DNA of 64,000 nucleotides from Candidatus Buchananbacteria bacterium (GCA_041665005.1 JBAYJR010000005.1:16312-80311); one strand, 5' to 3'; shown: positions 39,228-49,172, counted from the stretch's first letter. A program made the numbers and translations. Notes: generated from the sequence alone by a model not told the origin.

Positions 39228-40277
39228 TTAAAGAATATTCACTGCAAAACGGCCGGAACAGCCAGAATCGGGATAGTCCAGATTGATCCGATTCAAACTG
39301 ACCAGCGCACGACCTAGGTAGAAACTAGCACGCGGCACGTAGCCAGATTTAAAATAACTATTAAGTAAATAACAAGTTTTACCCAAGTCTTCCCAGTTAT
39401 CAATCACTTGATCGGTTTGGGCTAAATGGGTTAGGGCATAAACTAGCCATGATTCTAGGGTTAAGCCTTGTTCACCTTTATACTGAAGGTCGGTTTGAAG
39501 TTGTTTAAGATAATCATTGGGTGATTGGTTAGCTTCTGGTTGCTGACGATGAGCGATGATTTTACCTTGTCCTATATCTGGAAGGCTAGGCAAGTCTTCA
39601 AGTAGTAGAACCTGCCAGGCTTGAGTGGGTAAAAGTTCTTGCTTGGTTTTACCTTGATGATTAGTTTTGGAGTATTCTTGGGGGAAATATACTAAATCCC
39701 CTTTTTCATCGGCCTTTGCGTATCCAGTCCCATCCCAAATAGACACTTCCCTAAGCTCCAAAGGTCGATTTTGAATGTCTAATAACTTACCTTGTTGATG
39801 GTGCTTGAATAGAGTATTGCCATAAGCCTTAATTAGGGAATCTAGCGGTAAGCCAAAGGGAACAATAATTAGTTTTATAAAGCCTTGTGGGATTTTAGTT
39901 TCTAAGAACTTGCGTTTTTCTAGCATCATTTCTTCAATCTGTTCTAAGGTGGGTATGGGATATTCTTGCTTATCGATTGCTTCGATGCCTAATTCGCCAG
40001 TGGCGAGGGTTTTTAGGAGGCCTGAGTTTAGAAGAAGGTTCTTCTGAAATTCATATTGGGCTTTAAGACTTTCTTGGCCTATTTCAAGAGTTTCTAGCCA
40101 TATTTTGTTTTGGAGGTCTTGGAGGGGTTGTTCTAATTTAGTTTTTGCTTCTCTGACCAAAGCCAAGTCCTCTGTCTTACCTGTTTGAGGTAGGCTAAAT
40201 AATTCTAAATCAAACTGTTGTTTGAGTTGTTTGAGAAAGTCTAGCTTAGTGGTAAGTTCGGGGCAAAGTTGAGGCAT
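39228..40277 (-). CDS. paralog 1 of a novel 5-gene family (shared N-terminal CPEL coiled-coil module plus a conserved ~290-aa core)
   Basis: MPQLCPELTTKLDFLKQLKQQF... N-terminus. The core carries YPIPTLEQI, GFIKLIIVPFGLPLDSL, LLPTQAWQVLL and YLKQLQTDLQYKGEQGLTLESWLVYAL. Confidence 0.5.
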   Translation of the reverse strand: MPQLCPELTTKLDFLKQLKQQFDLELFSLPQTGKTEDLALVREAKTKLEQPLQDLQNKIWLETLEIGQESLKAQYEFQKNLLLNSGLLKTLATGELGIEAIDKQEYPIPTLEQIEEMMLEKRKFLETKIPQGFIKLIIVPFGLPLDSLIKAYGNTLFKHHQQGKLLDIQNRPLELREVSIWDGTGYAKADEKGDLVYFPQEYSKTNHQGKTKQELLPTQAWQVLLLEDLPSLPDIGQGKIIAHRQQPEANQSPNDYLKQLQTDLQYKGEQGLTLESWLVYALTHLAQTDQVIDNWEDLGKTCYLLNSYFKSGYVPRASFYLGRALVSLNRINLDYPDSGCSGRFAVNIL

Positions 40278-40298
40278 ATTTTTATAATAACAAAGAAA

Positions 40299-41042
40299 TT
40301 AAACAACTACCGCGCGGGCGCACAAATTAGTATCGCATCTATCATAACGACACATATCAATGCGTATCACTGGATTTGTCCTACCAATAGATCTTACATA
40401 GGGCGTCGTAATCAGAGGCGGCACCTTGCTTCCATCTTTAAAATATGAACCGGCGCAAAGAGTACCGGCGAGAGTATCTAAATTATAACCAGTTTCTTTA
40501 AAATATTTTAATCCGTGAAGTAGCCGTTCTTCCAAAGTTTCTGTAACCAGTCCTTGATCTTTAATCTCTTTAGCGGACAAACCATCAAATTCCACGTCAA
40601 CTTCTTCATCGCGTACCCAAAAGGCGTAAGGGGCTACCGTGGTGCGATCAGAAATAAAGCTATTAATAGCAGTCAGAGCGGGATTAGGTGCTCGTCCATT
40701 AAGTCTTTGAGTGACAGAAAACAACAGATAAGCAGCTAAACCCTGAGCCATAATTAACAAGCGATCAAAACCTTCCTTTTTTTCGGGAATTACTACCTTG
40801 GAAAAGTCACACTCAAGATCAAAAATTTTTTTATAAAAATCTTGCCAATCAATCTTTTTCATTATTTCCTGAAATTCTCTGAGTTCTAACTCCAATTTAA
40901 TTTTAATATCTCTGGCCAAAGCCAAATCATCAGACTTTTTAGAGTCCGAGCTTTCTTGCTTCGCTAATTCCAAATCAAACTCTTTTTTAAGTGCTTCGAG
41001 AGATTTTAGTTTAGTGGTGAGTTCAATGCAAGATTGAGGCAT
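40299..41042 (-). CDS. paralog 2 of the family: shared N-terminal module with an unrelated C-terminal domain
   Basis: MPQSCIELTTKLKSLEALKKEF... N-terminus. The C-terminal ~180 aa show no similarity to paralogs 1, 3 or 5. Confidence 0.45.
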   Translation of the reverse strand: MPQSCIELTTKLKSLEALKKEFDLELAKQESSDSKKSDDLALARDIKIKLELELREFQEIMKKIDWQDFYKKIFDLECDFSKVVIPEKKEGFDRLLIMAQGLAAYLLFSVTQRLNGRAPNPALTAINSFISDRTTVAPYAFWVRDEEVDVEFDGLSAKEIKDQGLVTETLEERLLHGLKYFKETGYNLDTLAGTLCAGSYFKDGSKVPPLITTPYVRSIGRTNPVIRIDMCRYDRCDTNLCARAVVV

Positions 41043-41065
41043 AAAATTATTTAGAAAGATAAAAA

Positions 41066-42091
41066 TTATATAACCTTTACCGCGGTACGAACAGAAAAGT
41101 TAGGGTTATTAGTTGCCGGATGATTCCAATATAACTGGGCTTGATAATACCCAGGAGTATAGAGTTGATTCTGTATTACAAAATAACAATCAAGTAGATG
41201 ATAACCATAATAATTATCAACTATTTGATTTTTTTGTTCTAAATTACTTAAAGCGTAAGTTAGCCAAGATTCTGGAGTTAAGCCTTGTTCACCTTGGTAT
41301 TGCGGATCAGTCTGTAATTGCTTTAAATATTCAATTGGGTTTTTGCCAATTTCAAATTCTTTACGACCAAAAACAACTTGTCCTGTATAAGGAAATTCTG
41401 ATGAATTTTTAAATAATAACGCTTGCCAAGCTTGAGTGGCCAAAAGTTCTGGTTTAGCTTTATCCGGATTATTACCTTCAAAAAAATTTTGGGGGTGATA
41501 AAATAAAAATCCCTCACTATCCCCCTCAAGGTATCTGGTATCATGGTCCGTAAAAAATTCGTCTTTTAGCTCTATTCGTTGTTTGTCAGTGGCCAAAAGC
41601 TCTTTTTTTTCATTAATTTTTACTACTTTTTCACGATAAACCTTGTCTAACAGGGCCGCTGGTAAGCCAAAGGGAACCATAACTAATTCTACAAAACCTT
41701 GTTTAATTTTAGTTTTAAGCAACTCTCGATTTTTTAGCAATCCTTCCTTAACTTGTTCCAAGGTGGGCATTGGATATTCTAAACCATCAATCGCGTGAAT
41801 ACCAAACTCCCCAGTTGACAAAAATTTCAATAAGCCATTTTCTATTAAAATGTCTCTTTGAATATCATATTGGTTTTCAAAATATTCTTCGCTAAATTCT
41901 GGTAGACCAAACCAAGCTTCATTTTGCAAGTCCTTAAGTTCTGATCCTAATTTTTCTTTTATCTTTTCAAGCATAACTAAATCTTCTAGCTTACCGGATG
42001 GTGGCAAATTAGACAGTTCCTGATTAAGCTGGCTTTTAAGAACTTTTATGGCTTCTAGTTTAACAGCAAGTTCGGGGCAGGTTTTTAACAT
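41066..42091 (-). CDS. paralog 3 of the family (full-length type)
   Basis: MLKTCPELAVKLEAIKVLKSQL...; YPMPTLEQV, GFVELVMVPFGLPAALL, LLATQAWQALL and YLKQLQTDPQYQGEQGLTPESWLTYAL. Confidence 0.5.
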   Translation of the reverse strand: MLKTCPELAVKLEAIKVLKSQLNQELSNLPPSGKLEDLVMLEKIKEKLGSELKDLQNEAWFGLPEFSEEYFENQYDIQRDILIENGLLKFLSTGEFGIHAIDGLEYPMPTLEQVKEGLLKNRELLKTKIKQGFVELVMVPFGLPAALLDKVYREKVVKINEKKELLATDKQRIELKDEFFTDHDTRYLEGDSEGFLFYHPQNFFEGNNPDKAKPELLATQAWQALLFKNSSEFPYTGQVVFGRKEFEIGKNPIEYLKQLQTDPQYQGEQGLTPESWLTYALSNLEQKNQIVDNYYGYHLLDCYFVIQNQLYTPGYYQAQLYWNHPATNNPNFSVRTAVKVI

Positions 42092-42119
42092 AAAATATTA
42101 AATTCATTGATCACTTTAT

Positions 42120-43364
42120 TTAATTCACTTTCTCACCATCCCAGATTCTAACAATACCATCTTTGCCAGCAGTAACGATTTTACCGTCAGCTAACATTTG
42201 GAACATACAGTCAGTACTAGTAAATTGTTCAGCTTCTTGATAATCACCTTGCTTGTCTGGTTCTAATATTTTAATCTTGTCATCTCCACTAGCAACAATC
42301 CGATTATCAGGTAAAATTTGTAAACACTCCACCGGTTTTTCGTCAAAGCATTTAATTATTTTGGATTTACTTATTTTAGATTCTTTAAACAGAATTTCCC
42401 CGGTACGATTACCAATAATAACTTGACCATCTGACATGATTTGACTGCTCTTTAAGGAAGCATTTCTACTATCAATATGGCCACTAAAGCTTAAAAAATC
42501 TTGCTTGAAATTACTTCTTTGCTCTTTTAATTCAACATAGTTGCCCTTATCATCCATTTGCCAAATTTTAATCATAGTATCATCGTTGCGCATTTTGTGC
42601 AATGAAACAACCTGGTTATTAGTTAAAATTTTTAGTTCGTCAGGCCATTCATCGTCATAACTACTATGAATATGCTGATTTGGCTGACCATCAGCATCTA
42701 GCAAAAATTTACCTTCGGCGTCTGGCTGCCAAAGTTTAATCTCGGTAGTAGCGCTACCAGCGATAATTCGGCCGTCAGAAAAAACCTGCAAACAAGTAAC
42801 CCAACAAACGGCATGTTTATTATAAAATCCTCTAAAGGTTTGGTTTTGGTAACCACCCTGTTGATCTAAAGTCCAGATGTTGATAATACCATATTGACCA
42901 CCTGAGACAATTTGACCATCAGGTAAAACTTGTAATTTATAATTAGTACCCGATCTTTTTTCAAAAACTTTGTTTTTAAGAACTTTTACCTGATAATCAC
43001 CCTGCTGATCCGGCTGGCAAATTGTAACAGTATTTTCAGTACCACAAACAATCCGACCATCAGGTAAAACTTGCAGAGCATAAATATTTCCATCGTCAAT
43101 TTTAAAGCTTTTTACTTCGTGATAATTTTTTTTCTTTTCTACCGATTCCAGCTCTTTGAAATAAAGATAGGTTTTTTCAACTCGTCGCCAAGCCTCTTGT
43201 GCTAAATTAACTTGTTGCTCTAATTTATTTTTAATATCTCTAGCCAAAATTAAATATTCCGGTTTACCAGTTGATGGCAAATTAGACAGTTCCTGATTAA
43301 ATTGTCTCTGAAGCTCTTTTAGATTACCTAGCTTAATGGAGAGTTCGGGGCAAAGTTGAGACAT
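42120..43364 (-). CDS. paralog 4 of the family: shared N-terminal module fused to a ~7-bladed WD40-like beta-propeller
   Basis: MSQLCPELSIKLGNLKELQRQF... N-terminus, then repeated LQVLPDGRIV.G....I.IW blades (LQVLPDGRIVCG, LQVLPDGQIVSGG, LQVFSDGRIIAG, QIMSDGQVIIG, LQILPDNRIVASG, FQMLADGKIVTAG). Confidence 0.5.
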   Translation of the reverse strand: MSQLCPELSIKLGNLKELQRQFNQELSNLPSTGKPEYLILARDIKNKLEQQVNLAQEAWRRVEKTYLYFKELESVEKKKNYHEVKSFKIDDGNIYALQVLPDGRIVCGTENTVTICQPDQQGDYQVKVLKNKVFEKRSGTNYKLQVLPDGQIVSGGQYGIINIWTLDQQGGYQNQTFRGFYNKHAVCWVTCLQVFSDGRIIAGSATTEIKLWQPDAEGKFLLDADGQPNQHIHSSYDDEWPDELKILTNNQVVSLHKMRNDDTMIKIWQMDDKGNYVELKEQRSNFKQDFLSFSGHIDSRNASLKSSQIMSDGQVIIGNRTGEILFKESKISKSKIIKCFDEKPVECLQILPDNRIVASGDDKIKILEPDKQGDYQEAEQFTSTDCMFQMLADGKIVTAGKDGIVRIWDGEKVN

Positions 43365-43394
43365 AAAATTATAATAACATTAACAACGTAAAAA

Positions 43395-44480
43395 TTATAT
43401 CACACTAATCGCCGAGCGGGTACCAGGAGGCCAAATAAGATCCTTAACCCCTTTATGTGTCGTAAATCTAATTTCAAAATTGCTTCTATTAAAGAATACA
43501 AGCGGTATTGATTTATCATGAACAAAAAAACTACTCAATAACAAACAAGGCACCTTTGAAGCAGCGCTATAAATTTGAAGTTCGGCATCAATGTCGTCTA
43601 TAAATTGATTAGTAGTTTGTAAATGCGTCAAGGCATAAGCTATCCAAGACTCTGGGGTTAAACCTTGTTCACCTTGATACTGTGGATTAGTCTGAAGTTG
43701 TTCAAGATACCAATCAGGTTCCTTGCCAGTTTTTGCCTCTAATTGTTTTCTACCATTAAGAGTTTGGCTTCGGCCTTCTGCCGGTAAATTTGATAAGTCT
43801 TCCACCAATAGCACCTGCCAAGCTTGGGTGGGTAAAAGCTCTAACTTGGTTTTACCTTGATGGTTGGTTTTAGAAAATTTCTTAGGAAAATAAACCAATT
43901 GATCTTTTCCTTGATAATTTTGATCTCGGTTATTTGGCTGGATTTCGCTAATTGGAAAGTGTTTATTGTTGACATCAAAAAGTTTGTTTTGTCGGTGATG
44001 TTCAACCAAAGCTTCACTATAGGCATAAGTTAAACTATCTAAAGTTAAACCAAAGGGAATCATAATCAATTTGGTAAAACCCTGCTTAATTTTAGTTTCA
44101 AAAAATTCTTTTTGCTCAACAAGTTGTTCGCTAATTTGCTTCAAAGTTGGTATAGGATATTCTTTATTATCAATTGCCTGAATTCCTAATTCGCCAATAG
44201 ACAAAGGGTGTATTAAATGAGCCTTTAATAGGATATCAATTTGATTGTCATATTGAACCTTAAGATTTTCTTCGCTAAATTCTGGGGTATCAAGCCAGAG
44301 TTCGTTTTGGAGGTCTTGGAGGGTTTGGTTTAGGTTAAATTTTATATCCCTAACTAAAACCAAATCCTCTGGTTTATTAGGACTTAGACTTTGCGCTTTG
44401 GTTAATTCTTGACCAAACTGTCCTTGGAGCTCTTTTAAAGCTTCTAACTCAGTGGTAAGTTCTAGACAACTTTTTCTCAT
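43395..44480 (-). CDS. paralog 5 of the family (full-length type)
   Basis: MRKSCLELTTELEALKELQGQF...; YPIPTLKQI, GFTKLIMIPFGLTLDSL, LLPTQAWQVLL and YLEQLQTNPQYQGEQGLTPESWIAYAL. Confidence 0.5.
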   Translation of the reverse strand: MRKSCLELTTELEALKELQGQFGQELTKAQSLSPNKPEDLVLVRDIKFNLNQTLQDLQNELWLDTPEFSEENLKVQYDNQIDILLKAHLIHPLSIGELGIQAIDNKEYPIPTLKQISEQLVEQKEFFETKIKQGFTKLIMIPFGLTLDSLTYAYSEALVEHHRQNKLFDVNNKHFPISEIQPNNRDQNYQGKDQLVYFPKKFSKTNHQGKTKLELLPTQAWQVLLVEDLSNLPAEGRSQTLNGRKQLEAKTGKEPDWYLEQLQTNPQYQGEQGLTPESWIAYALTHLQTTNQFIDDIDAELQIYSAASKVPCLLLSSFFVHDKSIPLVFFNRSNFEIRFTTHKGVKDLIWPPGTRSAISVI

Positions 44481-44571
44481 ATTAACAAAGTCAATATTAA
44501 TACCTTGATAATACCAAAAATCCCCTTTTTAATCAAAAATTGTCTTTAATTGGGCTGTTTATCTCTAAAAG

Positions 44572-44603
44572 ATAAAAAAAGAAGAAGACTGTTGTCTTCT
44601 TCT
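44572..44603. terminator. rho-independent terminator
   Basis: AAAAAAAG-AAGAAGAC-tgtt-GTCTTCTTC. On the minus strand the hairpin is followed by TTTTTTTAT. Confidence 0.5.
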
Positions 44604-44877
44604 AGGATCTTTGTTTACTTTTAAAAATACTTTTAAACTCCTCCACGGCGATCTTAATAATTACCTTAATGAACCACAGCCAGACCAGAAAAGCCACTAT
44701 ACTTCCTAAAGCTAATAGTCCAATCACTGTGTGCATCTCAGGTTCTTGTACCTCTGGCAAACTAAGGGCTGGAATTGTAAAATGTATAAACATGCAACCA
44801 CATACCCACACACCAAATAGCCAAAACACCAGCGCCGCAACCGTTCCAAGCAGCCATTTTACAAAATTAATTGTCAT
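44602..44877 (-). CDS. small hypothetical membrane protein
   Basis: 91 aa with 2 TM helices. It has its own terminator. Confidence 0.4.
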   Translation of the reverse strand: MTINFVKWLLGTVAALVFWLFGVWVCGCMFIHFTIPALSLPEVQEPEMHTVIGLLALGSIVAFLVWLWFIKVIIKIAVEEFKSIFKSKQRS

Positions 44878-44965
44878 CTTTTAGCTACCTCCTTTATGTA
44901 CTTTATTAATTACCACAAGCAATACTAAAACAATTTAATCATTAATCCTAAAAATTGTCAATACT

Positions 44966-44998
44966 AAAAGGCCGTAAGCAGAACTTACGACCTTTTAT
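44966..44998. terminator. probable terminator downstream of ppdK
   Basis: GGCCGTAAG-cagaa-CTTACGACC (one mismatch) followed by TTTTAT. Confidence 0.3.
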
Positions 44999-45024
44999 AA
45001 TCTTATCACTTTTATTTCTATTCT

Positions 45025-47694
45025 CTATTTAGAGGTGTAACTAATCTTTAATTTTTCTTCCACGGCTGCTTGAGCGGCGGCTAACCTAGCAATCGGTACG
45101 CGGTAAGGTGAGCAAGAAACATAATTCATACCCACGCGATGACAAAATTTAACGGAATCTGGGTCGCCACCGTGTTCACCACAAATGCCAATCTTTAAAT
45201 CTTTTTTAACCGACCGACCTAAATTAATACCCATTTGCACTAATTTACCAACGCCGGCTTGGTCTAAAGTTTGAAACGGATCGGCTTTTAAGATTTTCTT
45301 TTCTAAATACACCTTAATAAATTTACCAGAATCGTCACGTGAAAAGCCCATTCCCATTTGCGTTAAGTCATTAGTACCAAAGGAGAAAAAGTCGGCTTCG
45401 GCGGCAATTTCATCAGCCGTCACCGCCGCGCGCGGCACTTCAATCATCGTACCAATCTTGTAAGGCAACTTAACGCCATACTTCTTTAAAGTCTGTTCCG
45501 CAATCGTAATCACTAATTCTTTTTGATTTTTTAATTCGCTAACATTGCCAACCAAGGGAATCATAATTTCGGGCACTACTTTTATTTTGTCTTCTTTATA
45601 CAATTCACAGGCCGCGGAAATTATGGCTTCGGTTTGCATTTCGGTAATTTCGGGATAAGTAATACCTAAGCGACAACCGCGGTGCCCCAACATGGGATTA
45701 AATTCGTGCAGTTCATTGGACTTAGCCCAAATCTTTTCGGCTGGCACGCCAATTTTCTTGGATAAAATTTCTGCTTCTTCCTTGGTCTTGGGCACAAATT
45801 CATGCAACGGTGGATCTAAAAATCTAATGGTCACCGGAAAGCCCTTCATTTCTTTAAACAAACCTTTAAAATCGTTTTTTTGGAACGGTAATAACTTGGC
45901 CAAGGCTTTGCGGCGATCTTCCACTTTTTCCGCAATAATCATTTCTTGCATAAACGGTAAACGTTCTTCGGCAAAAAACATATGTTCCGTGCGACATAAG
46001 CCGATTCCTTCAGCCCCAAAGCTTTTGGCAACTTTAGCATCGCGAGGAATGTCGGCATTAGCGCGCACGCCAATCTTTTTTATTTCATTGACCCACTTCA
46101 TAAACACACCAAATTCGCCGGTCATTTGCGGTTCCACCGTGGCTACTTTACCAATAATTACTTCACCGGTAGAACCATTGATGGTTAAATAATCCCCTTC
46201 GCTTAAAGTTTGACCGTTCAAGATTAATTTTTTTGTATGTTCATTAACTTTAATTTCTTCGCAACCCGCTACGCAACATTTACCCATCCCCCGCGCTACC
46301 ACCGCCGCATGCGAAGTCATGCCTCCGCGTGCTGTCAAAATACCTTGGGCGGCATCCATACCATGAATGTCGTCTGGACAAGTTTCGGTGCGTACTAAAA
46401 TAACTTTTTCTGTTTCGCCTAATTCTACCGCCCGGTCCGAAGTAAAGACAATTTTACCCACCGCCGCACCAGGTGAAGCCGGTAAACCTTTGGCCGCCAC
46501 GCTGTATTTGGCTTTAGGGTCAATAATGGGATGTAATAATTGATTTAATTGTTCAGGCTCCACGCGCATAATCGCCTCTTGTTTGGTAATCAATTTTTCC
46601 TTAACCATATCTACCGCTAATTTCACCGCGGCTTGCGCGGTGCGCTTGCCCGTGCGAGTTTGCAACATATACAACACATCTTGTTCAATGGTAAATTCAA
46701 AATCTTGCACATCACGATAATGCTTTTCTAATTTTTTGGTAATGGTATGTAGTTGTTTAAAAGCTTTGGGCATTTCTTTGGCCAAATTAGCAATTGGTCG
46801 TGGAGTACGAATACCGGCCACCACATCTTCACCTTGAGCGTTAGTTAAATATTCACCATAAAACACATTATCACCATTAGCCGGGTTACGGGTAAAACCC
46901 ACCCCCGTGGCGCAATCTTCGCCCATATTACCAAACACCATGGCTTGCACATTAACCGCCGTGCCTAAATTATCTGCAATTTTATTTAAGCGACGATAAG
47001 TAATGGCTCGCGGATTCATCCAACTATTAAACACGGCATTACGGGCCATTTCTAATTGTTTAATTACTTCTTGCGGAAACTCTTTACCAGTCCGTTCTTT
47101 AACTAAAGTTTTATATTCTTTAATAATGCTTTGCAAATCTTCGGCGCGTAATTCGGTGTCTAATTTAATTTTTAAACTTTCTTTTTTGGCGGTTAAAATT
47201 TCTTCAAATTCTTCTTTAGCAATTTCTAACACCACATTACCAAACATTTGAATAAAACGACGATAAGCATCATAACCAAACCGTGGATTGTTGGTTTTAG
47301 CAATTAGACCTTTGACCGTTTCATCATTTAAACCTAAATTTAAAATAGTATCCATCATGCCAGGCATGGAAAATTTTGCGCCCGAACGAACAGATAGTAA
47401 TAACGGATTTTTAATCTCACCAAGCTTTTTACCAGTCGCCTTTTCTACCTTAGTTAAGGCCGCCAACATTTGACCATTTAATTCTTTGGGTAATTTTTGT
47501 TTATTAGCATCATAATAATTACAAACTTCAGTGGTGATAGTAAAACCTGGAGGCACGGGTACACCCGTGTTGGTCATTTCGGCTAAACCGGCACCCTTAC
47601 CGCCTAATAAATCTTTCATTTGTCCATTGCCTTCAGCCCGACCGTGGCCAAAAAAATAAACAAACTTACCTTTTTTGGAAGAACTTTTTTTCAT
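45025..47694 (-). CDS. ppdK: pyruvate, phosphate dikinase
   Basis: 889 aa. N-terminus KFVYFFGHG...LLGGKGAGLAEM; central phospho-His swivel (GGMTSHAAVVARGMG); C-terminal PEP/pyruvate TIM barrel (RFLDPPLHEF..GTNDLTQ). Confidence 0.9.
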   Translation of the reverse strand: MKKSSSKKGKFVYFFGHGRAEGNGQMKDLLGGKGAGLAEMTNTGVPVPPGFTITTEVCNYYDANKQKLPKELNGQMLAALTKVEKATGKKLGEIKNPLLLSVRSGAKFSMPGMMDTILNLGLNDETVKGLIAKTNNPRFGYDAYRRFIQMFGNVVLEIAKEEFEEILTAKKESLKIKLDTELRAEDLQSIIKEYKTLVKERTGKEFPQEVIKQLEMARNAVFNSWMNPRAITYRRLNKIADNLGTAVNVQAMVFGNMGEDCATGVGFTRNPANGDNVFYGEYLTNAQGEDVVAGIRTPRPIANLAKEMPKAFKQLHTITKKLEKHYRDVQDFEFTIEQDVLYMLQTRTGKRTAQAAVKLAVDMVKEKLITKQEAIMRVEPEQLNQLLHPIIDPKAKYSVAAKGLPASPGAAVGKIVFTSDRAVELGETEKVILVRTETCPDDIHGMDAAQGILTARGGMTSHAAVVARGMGKCCVAGCEEIKVNEHTKKLILNGQTLSEGDYLTINGSTGEVIIGKVATVEPQMTGEFGVFMKWVNEIKKIGVRANADIPRDAKVAKSFGAEGIGLCRTEHMFFAEERLPFMQEMIIAEKVEDRRKALAKLLPFQKNDFKGLFKEMKGFPVTIRFLDPPLHEFVPKTKEEAEILSKKIGVPAEKIWAKSNELHEFNPMLGHRGCRLGITYPEITEMQTEAIISAACELYKEDKIKVVPEIMIPLVGNVSELKNQKELVITIAEQTLKKYGVKLPYKIGTMIEVPRAAVTADEIAAEADFFSFGTNDLTQMGMGFSRDDSGKFIKVYLEKKILKADPFQTLDQAGVGKLVQMGINLGRSVKKDLKIGICGEHGGDPDSVKFCHRVGMNYVSCSPYRVPIARLAAAQAAVEEKLKISYTSK

Positions 47695-47732
47695 AAGTTA
47701 TTTTATTAATATTTATTTTAATTATTTAGCAA

Positions 47733-47766
47733 ACAAAAAAGCTGAAGTTAATTGCAGCTTTTTTAA
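47733..47766. terminator. bidirectional terminator
   Basis: AAAAAAGCTG-aagttaattg-CAGCTTTTTT. Confidence 0.35.
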
Positions 47767-47781
47767 AAAATAGCTGACCAG

Positions 47782-48048
47782 TTATAATTTGTCTTGAGAA
47801 TTATTTTTAAGCAAGATACTGGAAATTATTACCACTAAAACGGTTACTAAAATTGCGTAAATTAATTTAGCCACCCAATTAGTACCCAAGGGAAAAATCG
47901 CTTCAATAATACTCTTAATGGCATCATTCCAAGCTAAGCCGGCCACAAAGCCCAAAGCGGCCATAATGTAACCCAAGGTTTGCTTGCGCACCTCTTGCTT
48001 CAACCGTTTGGCTTCGGTAGTTACATTTGTTAATCCCAAATTTTCCAT
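47782..48048 (-). CDS. small hypothetical membrane protein
   Basis: 88 aa with 2 TM helices. Confidence 0.4.
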   Translation of the reverse strand: MENLGLTNVTTEAKRLKQEVRKQTLGYIMAALGFVAGLAWNDAIKSIIEAIFPLGTNWVAKLIYAILVTVLVVIISSILLKNNSQDKL

Positions 48049-48179
48049 ATGACATTATTATAATAGATAATAGTTTAAGGTGCAAGAGGGTGTAATCTTT
48101 CTAAGATAACAAATAGAGATTGCCGCGCTACGCTCGTAATGACAGCTAGGGATAACAGTTTGCCGACTGTGCACAGTTC

Positions 48180-48208
48180 TTGACAAAATTCAAAAAGTGT
48201 GCTATGTT
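48180..48208 (+). promoter_or_regulatory. array-A promoter copy 1 (TTGACA-aaattcaaaaagtgtgc-TATGTT)
   Basis: The 23-nt core TTGACAAAATTCAAAAAGTGTGC is repeated verbatim at 49117. Confidence 0.45.
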
Positions 48209-48275
48209 TAAATATCTATAATAAACTAAGGTTTATTAAGATAAATTTTTTAATACCCACAAGGAGGGTAAAAAA

Positions 48276-49055
48276 ATGAGTAGCACATTAAAAATCTTCG
48301 TCGCCTGCTTTTCAGGCGGAATTATCGGCGGTTTGGTTGCTCTGCAACTCCACCCCGAAATTTGGTGGCTTGGTATGGTGGTCGGTTTTTTAACTGGCTA
48401 CCTAACTTATGACTTCAAGCAAGTCATAAGCGCAGTAAAATATGTGGGAAAAAGTTATATACCTGCGTATTTCAGAACCTTACCCATTCGGTATAAATTT
48501 TTTAAATACGCCCTGGTTGCTGTCGCTACTATTTATAACGGTATAATGGCCGGCTGTATAATTATGTATGGCTTAATAGGCTTGGCGGCACCATCCCAGC
48601 CAAAAGTTTTAAAGACTATAATGGAACTTGCAGAGATGGTTATTGCTATGAACTCAGCTCCCTTAATATTGGTAGCCATTTTTTCCTTAGTGGGATCTTT
48701 TCCTCACTTTAGTGAAATTAAAGATGCCAAACGAAGAGCAAAAGAAATTAACCCCATTGCTATCACTAAATCATGTGTCCGGTGGGGATTAAAAATTGCC
48801 CGCAACACCCCAGAATTTTTTAATAAGTGTTTAACATTTATTAAAATTTTCTGCCAAATCATAACAAAAGTTTTCCGGATAATTCATTCGGATAACCGGC
48901 TGATTTGCGGAGTTTATTCCGCAATTGCTGCCAGTATCTGTTTCTTCACCGGCAACGCGTTGATTGGCGCACTGATTGGCGCAGTACTCGGCGTGATCAG
49001 TAAAAAAACAATCGGCTATTGGCTTGCAAAAAACCCGATAGCAATCAAATCCTAA
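48276..49055 (+). CDS. array-A gene 1: polytopic membrane protein (259 aa), hypothetical
   Basis: GGAGGG SD 8 nt before the ATG; at least 6 TM helices. Confidence 0.5.
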   Translation: MSSTLKIFVACFSGGIIGGLVALQLHPEIWWLGMVVGFLTGYLTYDFKQVISAVKYVGKSYIPAYFRTLPIRYKFFKYALVAVATIYNGIMAGCIIMYGLIGLAAPSQPKVLKTIMELAEMVIAMNSAPLILVAIFSLVGSFPHFSEIKDAKRRAKEINPIAITKSCVRWGLKIARNTPEFFNKCLTFIKIFCQIITKVFRIIHSDNRLICGVYSAIAASICFFTGNALIGALIGAVLGVISKKTIGYWLAKNPIAIKS

Positions 49056-49076
49056 TCTTATTGCAAAATCAACCAG

Positions 49077-49110
49077 CAGATGAACCAAAAATTCATCTGC
49101 TTTTTATTTT
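49077..49110 (+). terminator. array-A terminator copy 1 (GCAGATGAA-ccaaaaa-TTCATCTGC + T-run)
   Basis: An identical 25-nt hairpin recurs at 49558 and 50059. Confidence 0.55.
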
Positions 49111-49116
49111 GAACTA

Positions 49117-49145
49117 TTGACAAAATTCAAAAAGTGTGCTATATA
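49117..49145 (+). promoter_or_regulatory. array-A promoter copy 2 (TTGACA-17-TATATA)
   Basis: Same -35 and spacer as copy 1. Confidence 0.45.
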
Positions 49146-49172
49146 TAAACTAAATAATAAGGAGGAAAAACT

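Noticed and set aside
48120-48160. CTAGGGATAACAG, resembling the LSU-rRNA / I-SceI site core, upstream of array A.
   Set aside because: Only a 12-13-nt match. No flanking rRNA-like sequence and no homing-endonuclease ORF. Most likely chance.
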